From assembly GCA_965287045.1 (NCBI GenBank), contig OZ336870.1, positions 113,212,001-113,276,000 of the forward strand: 64,000 nucleotides of DNA. Direction: 5' to 3'. This stretch comes from Carcharhinus amblyrhynchos. Its lineage: Eukaryota. Positions within the stretch are counted from its first letter, which is position 1, and the number at the start of each line of letters is the position of its first letter. Below the pieces are notes generated by a model. It had not been told where the DNA came from and did no database searches. It saw nothing but the letters and a program-made list of their open reading frames with translations. Positions 38,338 to 49,190 of this stretch are shown piece after piece. A program made the position numbers and the translations under genes.

Positions 38338-38710
38338 AAATATTGTATTTATATAGCAACTTCTGGATTTTTGGAAGCACTTCACAGCTGGTAAAGCAAT
38401 TTTGACATGTAGTCACCTTTGTGATTTGGGGCAAGTGGCAGCCAATATATGCACAGCAAACTTCCATAAAGAAAACTGTGCTAATGATAAAAAAACTGTT
38501 TTTATAACATTGATCGAGAGATAAATATCAATCAGGACACCAGGAGAAGACCTCACTGCACATACCCTCCCGCCACTCCTCCCCCCAACTGCCCCACTTT
38601 GTAGTCATATTATGCAATCTCTTATATCCCAGCAGCAGATGGAGACAGAATTTATATGAAAGACGATACATCAGAAGTGATATTATTTCCAACTCAGCAT
38701 TGGCTGACAC
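38338..38710 (-). mobile_element. SacSINE1-like DeuSINE, degraded
   Basis: TTGTATTTATATAGC tail, GGCAGCCAATATATGCACAGCAA and GATAAATATCAATCAGGACACCAGGAGAA correspond to the reverse complement of the Deu-domain SINE body (from memory). Confidence 0.65.
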
Positions 38711-38749
38711 CCTTAATACTTATTGGTATGAGCTAACTGCTTCCTAAGT

Positions 38750-38912
38750 AGTACAATGGTAGCACCTTGCCTCTGAGTCAGAAGGTCGTGTTTTCAGGTC
38801 CCACTCCAGAGGCTTGAATGCATAATCTTGGCTGGCACTACTGAGGGAGTTCTCCATTGTTGGATGTTCCATATTTCAGATGAGAGAATAAACTGAGGCC
38901 TCGTCTGTCATC
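38750..38912 (+). mobile_element. SacSINE1-like DeuSINE 5' half
   Basis: GGTAGCACCTTGCCTCTGAGTCAGAAGGTCGTG...CCCACTCCAGAG...GATGAGAGAATAAACTGAGGCC head and start of the Deu domain. Confidence 0.7.
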
Positions 38913-39128
38913 TGTTATGATCAATGTATAACTTCCAATTGAATTTATGTATATTTCTGTGTTAGGAAAGATAAAAATGGTTTCAGTTTCATTTTAGGTT
39001 TTGCTTATGAACTTCAATGCCTGGAAGTCTGGATCGACTTGAGAATAAATTGTTTCAGGTCTTTTGAGTTTGTTTGTATATACATATATTTTTAATGTGT
39101 CTTTACAACCCTTGAATTTAAAGAAGTA

Positions 39129-39483
39129 GGGAGGCAATGGCATAGTGGTGTTATCACTAGACTATTACTCCAGAAACTCAACTGATCTTCTGGGGACCTG
39201 GGTTCAAATCTCATCATGGCAGATGGTGGAATTTGAATTCAATTAAAAAATTCTGGACTAAAGAATCTTCTGATCACCATGAAACCATTGTCAATTGTTG
39301 GAAAAACCCATCTGGTTCACTAATGTCCTTCAAGGAAAGAAATCTGCTGTCTTTCCTAAGCTGGCCTACATGTGATTCCAGACCCACAGCAATGTAGTTG
39401 ACTTTCAACTACCCTCGGGCAACTAGGGATGGGCAATAAATGTTGGCCAGCCAGAGACACCCACGTCCAACAAATGAATAAAA
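39129..39483 (+). mobile_element. tRNA-derived SINE (family C), full length
   Basis: A-box-like TGGCATAGTGG, B-box GGTTCAAATC, tail GGGCAACTAGGGATGGGCAATAAATG...TGAATAAAA. Confidence 0.85.
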
Positions 39484-39927
39484 GAAAAGGTGTTGGAAGT
39501 TCACTGATTCTGAAAAAGATCATTAGAAAACATTGCTTAGCAATAGTAGTCCAGTGAATCAGACATAGAAAAGATGAGAGTTGAGAGGTGGGGTTTGTGT
39601 CTGCGCGAGAGACAGGGATTTTAAGATATTTGAGAAGAAAGATTATAGACAAAGAGGTGCATGTTAAATGGATTGGCTAGGGGACTAACAGGGTAAATGC
39701 ATGGGGCTATGGTGATGAGGATTGTGGTCAGTGCAGACTGAATGGGCCAAATGGCCTCCTTCTGCTTTGTGACCCTGGTGCTCAATCAGGATTCTAAAAC
39801 TTCTACAACAATAGTCAACCAAAAAATCAGCTAAAGGACTCAGTAAAGCATTCAGCTTAGCAGAGGTGCTATCTGAAGACTGAGCTTAAGGAAATCATTT
39901 GTTTGCTCTGCAGTTGAAAAAAAAAGT

Positions 39928-40101
39928 GGGTGGGATTCTCTGGCCCCACTGGCAGCACATCCCAGCCTGTGGATTTCCCGATGGCATGGAGTGGCTTCAA
40001 TGGGAAATCCCATTGACAGCAGGGAATCTTACCAGCAGTCAGCGGCATGCCGCCTCCCGCCACCAAGAAACACGTGGCTGGGAAGCCGGAGAATCCCACC
40101 C
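39928..40101. mobile_element. Harbinger-like MITE
   Basis: 17-bp TIRs with 1 mismatch (GGGTGGGATTCTCTGGC / GCCGGAGAATCCCACCC); central palindrome TCAATGGGAAATCCCATTGA. Confidence 0.85.
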
Positions 40102-40410
40102 CCTGTGGGTTCAGAGTACATTTTCTTCAGTGTCTTGGAAGAGATACGAGTTGGATGGAAAGCATGAAGTGAATGTTGAGCAATTCACTGGAAGAGCACC
40201 ATTAGCAATGATGCCAGTCCCAAGCGGAGAGCGAATCAAGCCAGCAGTAACTCCTAATTGGTTTATGTATCCATGGGGATATTGTTGGGGTAAAGGGATA
40301 ACGGGAATCTGAATCATTGTCTTGTGTTTGTATTGACACCTTTCCAACCTTTTATGTAATTCATTTTTCTTGCTTTAATTAATGTGTTATTCTTTGTATT
40401 AAAGTCAATG

Positions 40411-41388
40411 GGGGCAATTTTACTTTTTTTGTCTAAGTTTGGGCGGACTTGAAACTAGGAGAGATTCAGATCTGTCTTTTGGGCTTGTTTGTAGATCCCC
40501 CCCATACGCACTCTGCCTGCAACAATATCAGCGAGACTGTTGCTTACTGTAGAAGCCTGTGGGCTGGATCAACGTGCCCAAAACCCTGCAGAGGGAGGTA
40601 GTGCACGTGGACAGGCCTCTGAGGCTGTACACATATACATTAGCCCGTGGCCCGAGATATAGCCCCCGCCAACCCCCTCCTCCCCTCCGCCGCCCAGACT
40701 GATCGCAGACCCCCTCTACCATCCCCCACCAATCGATGGACCTGGCACCCTGCCCCCCAACTGCAGAGTGGCAGCGGGCCCCCTCTCCCTCCCTAACCCC
40801 CCCCCCACCAACCACTGCAGGGTGGCAGTGGGCCTCCTCTCCCTCCCTACCCCGCCGACCAATAGCTGCAGAGTGGCAGTGGCCTCCTGTCCCTGTCTCC
40901 CCCCACCAGCGATCCTTGCAGAGTGACAGTGAACTCCCTCCCCCATTAACCCAGCCTTCTGGCACTACCTGGTGGGCAATGCCCAGGTGCAAGGGTGGCA
41001 GTGCCCTTGGACCTGACTCTCTTGCCCTCGGCATCCTCAGGGGGCCCCCATGGTCTCGGGTTCCACTGACAAGTTCAAGTCATTTGCTCCCCGTTCAAGG
41101 GGAGAATGTTTATTCCTCGCCAGCCTGAATCTCTCCAGGCCAGGTCATAAAGGAGGGGTGAACTCAGACGATTGAGCGCCAGGCTCACTAAGCAGATGTA
41201 AAACAGCAACAAAATAAATTTGAATGCATTAACCTGCCTCTTGCCCATTTCCAGTGAGAGGCTGGAAATCTGGTGCTCATAGAATGGTGCCAGTCATGAA
41301 AACAGCACCAATTGCACTAAGTGCTTTAGGCCTCACTTCACCATTGTGTCTCGCCCCAAAACAGGTGCAGCACAACGGTAAAATTGCC
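40411..41388. mobile_element. About 1-kb GC-rich non-autonomous TIR element
   Basis: Perfect 11-bp TIR GGCAATTTTAC / GTAAAATTGCC; internal C-rich minisatellite; interior related to 42744-43781. Confidence 0.75.
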
Positions 41389-42916
41389 TAAGTCATGAAA
41401 AGGAATGTAAAAAACTAAGGTGTTTCTGAATATCTTTCACTGATTAATGTGGCTGTGTGGTAATTATTCAAAATCCTGTGAAATAGAAATAAGGGGGATG
41501 CATACTTCATACATGGACTTCATATAAAGTATTCATATAAGATAGTTCTTATCTGGCCGGGTCTTTAAATGTTTTTCCTTATGTGGATCTGACTTTGGGT
41601 TTTCCACGATACACTGACATGCAATGCCATTTTCTAACAAATACTTTGAGCTTCTCTCAGCTGGCATGGCAGTAACTTATGCCCTCCTCACCTTGCTGTA
41701 CAATATTTTCAAAGATTGTTCAATGAATTTGGGGGAACCATCACTACCTTGCTCTGCCATAAGCAAACAGGTTAGACTAGATTTGTGTAAAATTGAGAAG
41801 ACAAGGTTGTAGAAGTCCTAACCCCATTTTTGCCAGTCCAATATTAGCCATTGAGGGAAGGAAGTGAGATTTGATTCACGCAAGAGGGAAATCTGAACTA
41901 GCAGGACCATGTAAATTGAGTGCTGAATTCATTTTGGCCATTGGAAGAATGTGTAATGTGGGAGGCAATTATGGATTTCACGTAAACTCTTTTGAAAGGC
42001 AGATAATGTCTGTTTAATTGTCATGATCTGAAGTTTTCTAAATCCCCAACTTTCGAAACTATTTAAAAAAGGCTGCATCTCTAAGTGTTAAAATATCTGC
42101 TAAATTGTGTTAATTAACAGACTAGCTAATGTTGCATCCAATTGAACAGTTTCAATAAAGTTCTTTGTTGACATTTCTCTAAGGGATATTCATTATGGAC
42201 GCCTGGCTGACTTTCAAAAGCTTTAATTATCTCAGTATTGGGTTCTGAGTTCACAGTTTGATTTATGGATTAAAGAGGTTGTTAAAGTACTCGGGGATGA
42301 ACAGATTTTTTTTAACAAAGATGAATCATTTGAGGAGATTTTAAAGTTTTCATGCTTTCACGAATGAACATTTTTTCACTATTTTTTCACATTTTATGTA
42401 ATGAGAACCGTATTAGCTTTTTAGAAAATGTATTTATTTCATCATCATATGACTCCTGAGGTCTACCCATGGTGAATACTGGGTGAGGAACTATCAAGTT
42501 GGTGTGGAAGATGTGAGGCCATGGTGGATGGGGGGGGTAATGAGTTACCATTGAGTTTGCATGGAATTTTGGAAGAGCCTACCTTTTAACCAGCTTTTTA
42601 ACCAGCCTGCCTTCACATCCGCCTATCTACGTGACTGCCTACGCACTACCTCCAAGCTGGTGGATCTGATTTCATCCTCACTACCAACTTCCCCCGCACT
42701 CCTTCCACCACCAGCTCAAGTAACACTCACAACTTGACATACTGGGGGCGATTCTCCCAAAAATATTCTCAGTGCAGAATTTGCATAAAAATTGGAGGAA
42801 CTCCCACTTTTTTTTAGTGTGATTTTCCAAATGAATCTCCCACATTCTGTGAATCACCGAGCCTCAACAACATTCAAAATCTGGGAGCAGGGCCATTCCT
42901 GCTGAACAGGTCGGCA

Positions 42917-43055
42917 CAGTAAAAAGTCTGACAACACCAGGTTTTAGTCCAACCGATTTGTTTGATAATAGACTCACAAGCTTTCGAGGTTTCCCTCTTC
43001 GTCAGGTGAATGGAGAGTTCTGGCCTCAGACAGAGCATATAAAATACCCACATCA
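42917..43055 (-). mobile_element. 139-bp Penelope-like insertion with 14-bp imperfect TSD
   Basis: Flanked by TGAACAGGTCGGCA (42903-42916) and TGAAGAGGTCAGCA (43056-43069); contains a minimal hammerhead motif. Confidence 0.75.
42974..43009 (-). ncRNA. Minimal type I hammerhead ribozyme motif
   Basis: Minus strand reads UCAC CUGACGA A GAGG GAAA CCUC GAAA GC UU GUGA: conserved CUGANGA and GAAA cores, stem I UCAC/GUGA, stem II GAGG/CCUC with a GAAA loop, and palindromic AGCU in place of stem III. Confidence 0.8.
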
Positions 43056-44661
43056 TGAAGAGGTCAGCAGCATAGTGCTGAGTGGATATTTCAGCACCGA
43101 GATTGGCGCATGTACAGTAGCCCCACATTGCTGCCCCCCCCCCCACTCCCCAATTGCTGGCATCTCCTGGCAACCCTGACCTCCCCCACCCAGATGGCCA
43201 ACCCCCAATCACCCCCTCCCCCCCCTACCCTTGATCCCAAGTGCAGAGTGGCAGCAAGTCCCCACACACCCAACAATTGCCCCGTATAGGCCCCACCCCT
43301 TAGCACTGCCTGATGCCTGAAGTGCCATGGTGTCCCTTGGGATATTGCCACTTTGCCCCTTGAGCAGTGCCAGTGGGTCAGGCTGGCATTGCCATATTGA
43401 CAATGCCCAAGGGGCACACCGCATTACCCCTGACTTCCTGGGGGGGGGGCCTCTATGGCCTCCCTTCTATTCAGCAGGATTGGGCCACTAGTTCCCCACT
43501 AACGGGGAGCTGTTGTAAACTCCGCTGGAACGAACCACCTCAAGTGGGGACGGGGTTGGGGGGGTGCAGTTGGGGGTTGGGGGAGACGCAATCGGGTCCA
43601 GAGACTTCAGTCCCAGGCCCGCTAATGGGACTTAAATGTGAATTTTAATATTTAAATCAGCACACGGAGCTGACAACTCCAGAAATCCTGCCCCCAGAGA
43701 TGCGCAGAGGCCATGCCACCCAGTGGGGACCCCATTAAACAGCCTCCGCTGATGTCTCCTGACCCAGGGAGAGTCGCACCCATTGTTTTTTACCAAGGTG
43801 AGTCCAGCTACTTGGGAAATTTCATGACCCGACCTATCCATCTTGATAATAAAAATCCAGAACTCCTCAACCAGAAGTAGTTTTCTAAAAGACTTTCATA
43901 ATAATAATTTTCTGAGGCAGACCTGCTTAGAATTAAGGGCTGGAATTCTCTGAACTTGCCTACAGCTGGGATTTTCCAGTCCCGCTGATTGTTAAACTAT
44001 ATTTTTCCCCATGGCCATTTAAGTACTGCAGCAGCATAGGACATCCTATTTCATGAGCAGCAAACTTCCAATGAGGAGCAGCAGTGAAAATGATTGGCAA
44101 TTAGCCATGGTCCACAAGGGGTAGGCATTTCTTTGTGTGTGTGGAAGAGAATGAGAGAGACAAATGGTTACATAGATTGAGGGTCACCAGTCCACACAAA
44201 ACATGGAGCAAGGCAAAGAAGCAGGCACCCATGAATTAACACAGCCTGCATCGTGAATAAACCCACACCATGGCCTTCATTCTGCACCACATTCTAGCCA
44301 ATTAACTAACTGATGATGGGAGTGTGTTCGTATTATTATTTTCCTCAAATTTGGAAACTTTGGAAGTAGCAACTGGATCAGTACCTAACTGATGTAGTAG
44401 ATGCCTCCATGGCTACAAAGGTCGCCGATTGAGTTTAAATTTTGCAGATCACTGTGAAAGTGCATTGAAGGTCCTTTCTAGCAGAAGTATTAAAACAATC
44501 CCATTTTCATAGCAAGCTATTTATTGAGAAAAATGTTCTGTGATAAGTAGTTAATCATGAAAATACCATACCAGACCATTCTTCTCCTTAGCCAGCAGTA
44601 GTTTTGTAAAAGACTTTTACATGACAAATACTTTTTTGAGGCAGTCCCGCTAAGAAATAAG

Positions 44662-44797
44662 AGTTGGAATTCTCTGACCTTGCCGACAGCTGGGATTTTC
44701 CAGTCCCGCTACAGTGAATGGAGATCCGGTTGAGCGCTAAGTTCTCCATTCTCTCTAGCAGTGGCAGCATAGCTTGCAAGACTGGAGAATTCCAGCC
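44662..44797. mobile_element. Harbinger-like MITE
   Basis: TIRs AGTTGGAATTCTCTG / TGGAGAATTCCAGCC; AAG on both flanks (44659-44661, 44798-44800). A truncated sister copy lies at about 43938-43988. Confidence 0.8.
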
Positions 44798-45636
44798 AAG
44801 AGGTTCATTTTAATGCAGGAAATATTGATGATGTCAAGAAAGTGGCGATTCCATTATGTTCATTTTTGTATTTTTGATGAATCTTTCAGTTACAAGCAAC
44901 ACACAGGTATTTCAAATAATATCACCAGCTGGGATTTACTGGCAGCACAGGTGGGTCACCATTGGGACAGCAGGTTCTCTGGCAGCATAGCTGGTGAGCA
45001 ATGTAAATGGCCATTGACTTCACCAGTTAACGGCAATCTAACTCTGTCACCAGAAAACCTGCTGTGGGAAGACCGGCCGCCATTTCTGACTGACTTTGTT
45101 TTGAGGATTGACAATGATGACTTAAAATAGCAAAGTTACAGTGAATTCCATGGCCTGAACTCATCCGAAGAAATGACTTTTCATCTGGCAGATCCATTGC
45201 ATTCGTAACATAGGGCACGATCTTTTGGGAAGATTGTGGACATAATGTTTCAAAAATATTATCTTCAGATTTAAGATTAGTAACTGATCATCATGGAATT
45301 CATCTTATTGCTAAGCTGACAGTTTTAAAACAATGGTAATAACACAACTGGGAATGGGGAAGGGAATGACCCATCACTTAATCTTTTTTCTTTGCTGTGA
45401 CGAACAAGTTCAAGATGTTAAAATACCTGAACAGAAAGTAGCTGTCAGTAAAGATATGACTGCATGACGATCAAAAATTTAATTACTGCAGCCACTTGGC
45501 AGACAATTTACAAAAAATGGCCAGGAGGTGTGGGAACAATGAGATCTACAAAGGGCATTGTTAGGAGTTCTGAAGTGTTTGCTGAAAACTCCAGCTCAAG
45601 AGTAGACCAAAATACCTTGTACATCTGGTATGAACA

Positions 45637-46079
45637 CTGCTTGACAAAGGATATAACATTTCCACCAATGTCATTATTCAGGCCGAGACTTGTTCAACAG
45701 ACTGGCATCAAGGAAAAATGTTGGAATTGGCTTTGAGTGAAGGCACAAAGAGTTGCCAGTATTCTTTGTAAAATTCTCATAGGGACAGATGGACTTTAGG
45801 CGTGGGCAGCTTCTAACTGTGAAATGGAAGGCGTAGATAAAACTCCGTATGCTTTCAATCATTCACTGTCCAGAAATAATGGAGGCAGCTGCCAAAAAGT
45901 GTACGAGTGCTCAGGCAATTATACTGCAACCATGGGCAAAGTTGATCATGATGATCTGCCAGTTGCTTTATTGGAAACAAAATACATGAAATGGCACAGA
46001 AAAGTACTCTTCCCCTTTCATTTCAGAGGAATAACAAAAAAACGCACATCTAAACATTCCAAGTACTTGTGTTAAAGGG
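45637..46079 (+). pseudogene. Fossil piggyBac-family transposase fragment with probable right end
   Basis: Three frames stitch to LLDKGYNI / YSGRDLFNRL...RHKELP...GQMDFRRGQLLTVKWKA*IKLRMLSIIH / NYTATMGKVDHDD...KYMKWHRKVLF, collinear with piggyBac motifs; ends AAAGGG then TTAG. Confidence 0.8.
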
Positions 46080-47254
46080 TTAGCAATGGAAAGTTAGCCC
46101 CATTTTCTGTTACACTTTATAAAATACAATAAGGTAAATAATAATGTGTCCACAGTAATTGTATTCAGCTAAACCCTATCTTGTACCCTTTATGTACATT
46201 GTATCTGGGCAGGGTGAGTTAAGTCAGTATTTCAATTGTTTCAATTTACTTTAACTACAAGTGATATATATTTGTCTACAGTAACAGACTGAATCCCATT
46301 GAGGTTCAGTGATTTGATTGTATTTTAAATGACACTTTAATTTGCAACTTCTGATCAGTACTGAGCTGGGAAGTTGCAAAGGAGGCGCTATGCCAATCTA
46401 CCACCACTCCTCACTATGAAAAGTCACACCACAGAGGGATAGGCCAAGAGAAGGAAGAAGAAATATCGGGAAGTTGGCTCTGGTGAAAAGTAGCCTGAGC
46501 CTGACAAACAGTTGCTGTTGTAGTGAATTTGAGAAAATGCAGTTTGTGGTGTGATTGCTTCATCTTGTAAAGATGCCATCGATCACCTGCTTTCTGCTTC
46601 ATCACTCTGAAGGCAGATTGATATTATTGAGGTCCCCACTTGGCAACCAGAAAGAGATGGAAATGAATAAAGTTTGCAGCTGCTGTGTATGTTACTGACT
46701 CTACCAACACTGTGACTTGCCCAGAGTTTAGTTGGAGGCCCTTCTGGAACATGCTGTACATTTTCTGTCATCACTGTACTAGAGACTATTAGGCTGTGAA
46801 TGCATTCCTTCCCTGTCAGGTCTAGATAATTCTACCATGGTGAATGTATTCTGTCAACATAGTAACTTATGGTAGGAACAGACCCATCTGCCTCAGTTTA
46901 ACCTCCTTTATTAGCACTCAGACCTCAACTGCATTTTTCTCCTTTTTCACCAAATAGTAGATGTACAGTGTTTCCCAAAAAAGGCAGACTTTGTGCAGAG
47001 ATATTTGAATTGAGTTGTGTGCTGCAACTCCGAATTACAAAATCCCTGAACCCTCACAGTGCAGCACAAATACAACAAATGTGTTTGAAAATAGTCTCAA
47101 AAAATAATTTTGCACTTAAAATTGAGGTTGCTGACTATTCCTGGACTGATTTTTAATACTGCAGCCCAGGCTAGCAATTCAGCGACTTTTCCTTTCAAAT
47201 TAATATGTGTCCAACATGAAGATATTAAAATGACACCATAACGAAGTTACAACT

Positions 47255-47826
47255 GGACTGCTGTGTGCAGTTCTGGTCACCACATTATAGGAAGGATGTG
47301 AATGCACTGGAAGGGGTGCAGAGGAGATTCACAAGGATGTTGCCTGGGAGGAACATTGAAGTTATCAAGAAAGGTTGGATAGGCTTGTGTTGTTTTCTCT
47401 GGAATAGAGAAGATTGAGGAGTGACCTGATTGGGGTGTTCAGAATTATGAGGGGCATTGAAAGGGCAGATAGGGAGCAGCGGTTCCCTTAGTTGAAGGGT
47501 CAGGTATGAGAGGACACAAATTAAAAGTGAGGGGGTGGGAAGTTTAGGGGGGATTTTAAGAAAAACTTTTTCACCCAGAGGGTGGTGACGACCTAGAGTG
47601 CACTGCCTGGGGGGAATGGAGGATGGGAGAGTTGGGGCGGAGGCGGGATGCCTCACATGTTTTACGAAGTACCTGGATGAGTACTTGGCACTCCATAACA
47701 TTCAAGGCTATGGGTCAAGTGCTGGCAAGTGGTATTAGGTATGCAAGTCAGGACCTTTCATGCATTGGTGCAGACTCGATGGGCTGAAGGGCCTCTTCTA
47801 CACTGTAGTATTCTGTGATTCTGTGA
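47255..47826 (+). mobile_element. Old CR1 3' region
   Basis: TGTGTGCAGTTCTGGTCACCACATTATAGGAAGGATGTG (CVQFWSPHYRKDV); (TTCTGTGA)x2 tail. Confidence 0.9.
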
Positions 47827-47989
47827 TACTTCTGGATCATTCACAATTCAATTTCCTATAACAGCCAGAATGGAGATATTGTGCTAAAAGTTTCCCCTTC
47901 TTTTACTTTTTGATAATGTTATAAGATCTTCTAATTGTTTCTGCATAATTAGTTTTAATGAAATACGAGAAAGTGTTAAAGTGGATCTT

Positions 47990-49190
47990 ACAAGAACATA
48001 GGAAATAGGAGCAGGTGTAGGTTTTCGGCTCCTTGCGCCTGCCCTAGCATTCATAAGAACATAAGAAATAGGAGCAGGAGTAGGCCATCTAGCCCTTCGA
48101 GCCTGCCCCGCCATTCAATAAGATCATGGCTGATCTGTTGTGGCTCAGTTCCACTTTCCCGCCCTCTCCCCATAACCCTTAATCCCCTCTCTTATCAAAA
48201 ACCCATCAACCCGCTTCTTAAAAATATTTAGCGAGGCAGCCTCCACCACTTCAACGGGCAGAGAATTCCAGAGATTCACCACCCTTTGAGTGAAGAAGTT
48301 CCTCCTCAACTCCGTTCTAAACCGCCTCCCCTTTATCTTGAGGCTGTGCCCCCTAGTCCTACTGTCTTTTTTGAGCGGGAAGAGTCTCTCCACCTCTATC
48401 CTATCCATCCCATTCATCATCTTATACGTCTCAATGAGATCTCCCCTCATTCTTCTAAACTCTAACGAGTACAAGCCTAGTTTATTCAGCCTCTCTTCAT
48501 AGCTCAACCCCCTCAACTCCGGTATCAGCCTAGTAAACCTCCTCTGCACTCCCTCCAAGGCCAAAATATCCTTGCGCAGGTGCGGCGCCCAAAACTGCAC
48601 ACAGTACTCCAGCTGCGGCCTCACCAATGCCCTATACAGCTGCAGCAAGACCTCCCTACTTTTATATTCAATCCCCCTCGCTATGAAGGCCAGCATCCCA
48701 TTCGCCTTCCTGACCACCTGCTGCACCTGCAAGCTGGGTTTTTGCGACTCATGCACAAGGACACCGAGGTCCCTCTGCACCGTCGCCTGCTGCAGTTTTT
48801 CGCCACGTAATTCAACTAGATCACGACTGATCTACCTCAATTCAATTTTCCTATATTACCCCATGTCCCTTGATACCTTTAATACTTATAAATCGTTGAC
48901 CTCTGTCCTGAACACACTCAATGACAGACCTTTGACAGCCTTCTGGGATTGAGAATTCCAAAGATTGAGTGAAGAAAGTCCTCTTCATTTCAGTCATAAA
49001 CCGCCTACATCTTATTCTGAGACTGTCTCCCTTGGTTTGCCTGTAAGAATTTTGAATGTTTCAATTAGTTTGCCTCTCATTCTTCTAAACTCCACAAAAT
49101 AAAGGCCTGGTCTCCTCAATCTCTCCCCATAGGACAATCCCATTATCCCAAGGATTAGTCTGATGAACATTTGTTGCACTCCCTCTTCCT
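47990..49190 (-). mobile_element. Old CR1 3' region split by a young CR1
   Basis: Tail AAGAACATAGGAAATAGGAGCAGG at 47992; the 3' UTR resumes at 48811. Confidence 0.85.
48052..48810 (-). mobile_element. Young CR1 (subfamily A), 0.76 kb
   Basis: ORF 48145-48780 differs from the ORF at 31980 by about 5 residues; ATTCA at both junctions (48049-48053, 48810-48814). Confidence 0.97.

Larger units (their letters stand above)
38913..41570 (+). mobile_element. Possible old solo LTR expanded by SINE and MITE insertions
   Basis: Begins TGTTATGA exactly where the DeuSINE stops; the candidate end CTGGCCGGGTCTTTAAA lacks a clean CA and TSD. Confidence 0.3.
42744..43781. mobile_element. About 1-kb GC-rich non-autonomous TIR element hosting a Penelope-like insertion
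   Basis: TIRs GGGGGCGATTCTCCC / GGGAGAGTCGCACCC; the left part resembles the fragment at about 30990-31150. Confidence 0.7.

Noticed and set aside
40528-41128. 168-aa and 130-aa Gly/Pro-rich ORFs
   Set aside because: By-products of a GC-rich minisatellite in a non-autonomous TIR element.
48290-48952. Recurrent antisense ORFs (MKKFLLNS..., MRRCGAQNCTQYSS...) in several places
   Set aside because: Opposite-strand shadows of CR1 ORF2 that recur only because the LINE is repeated.
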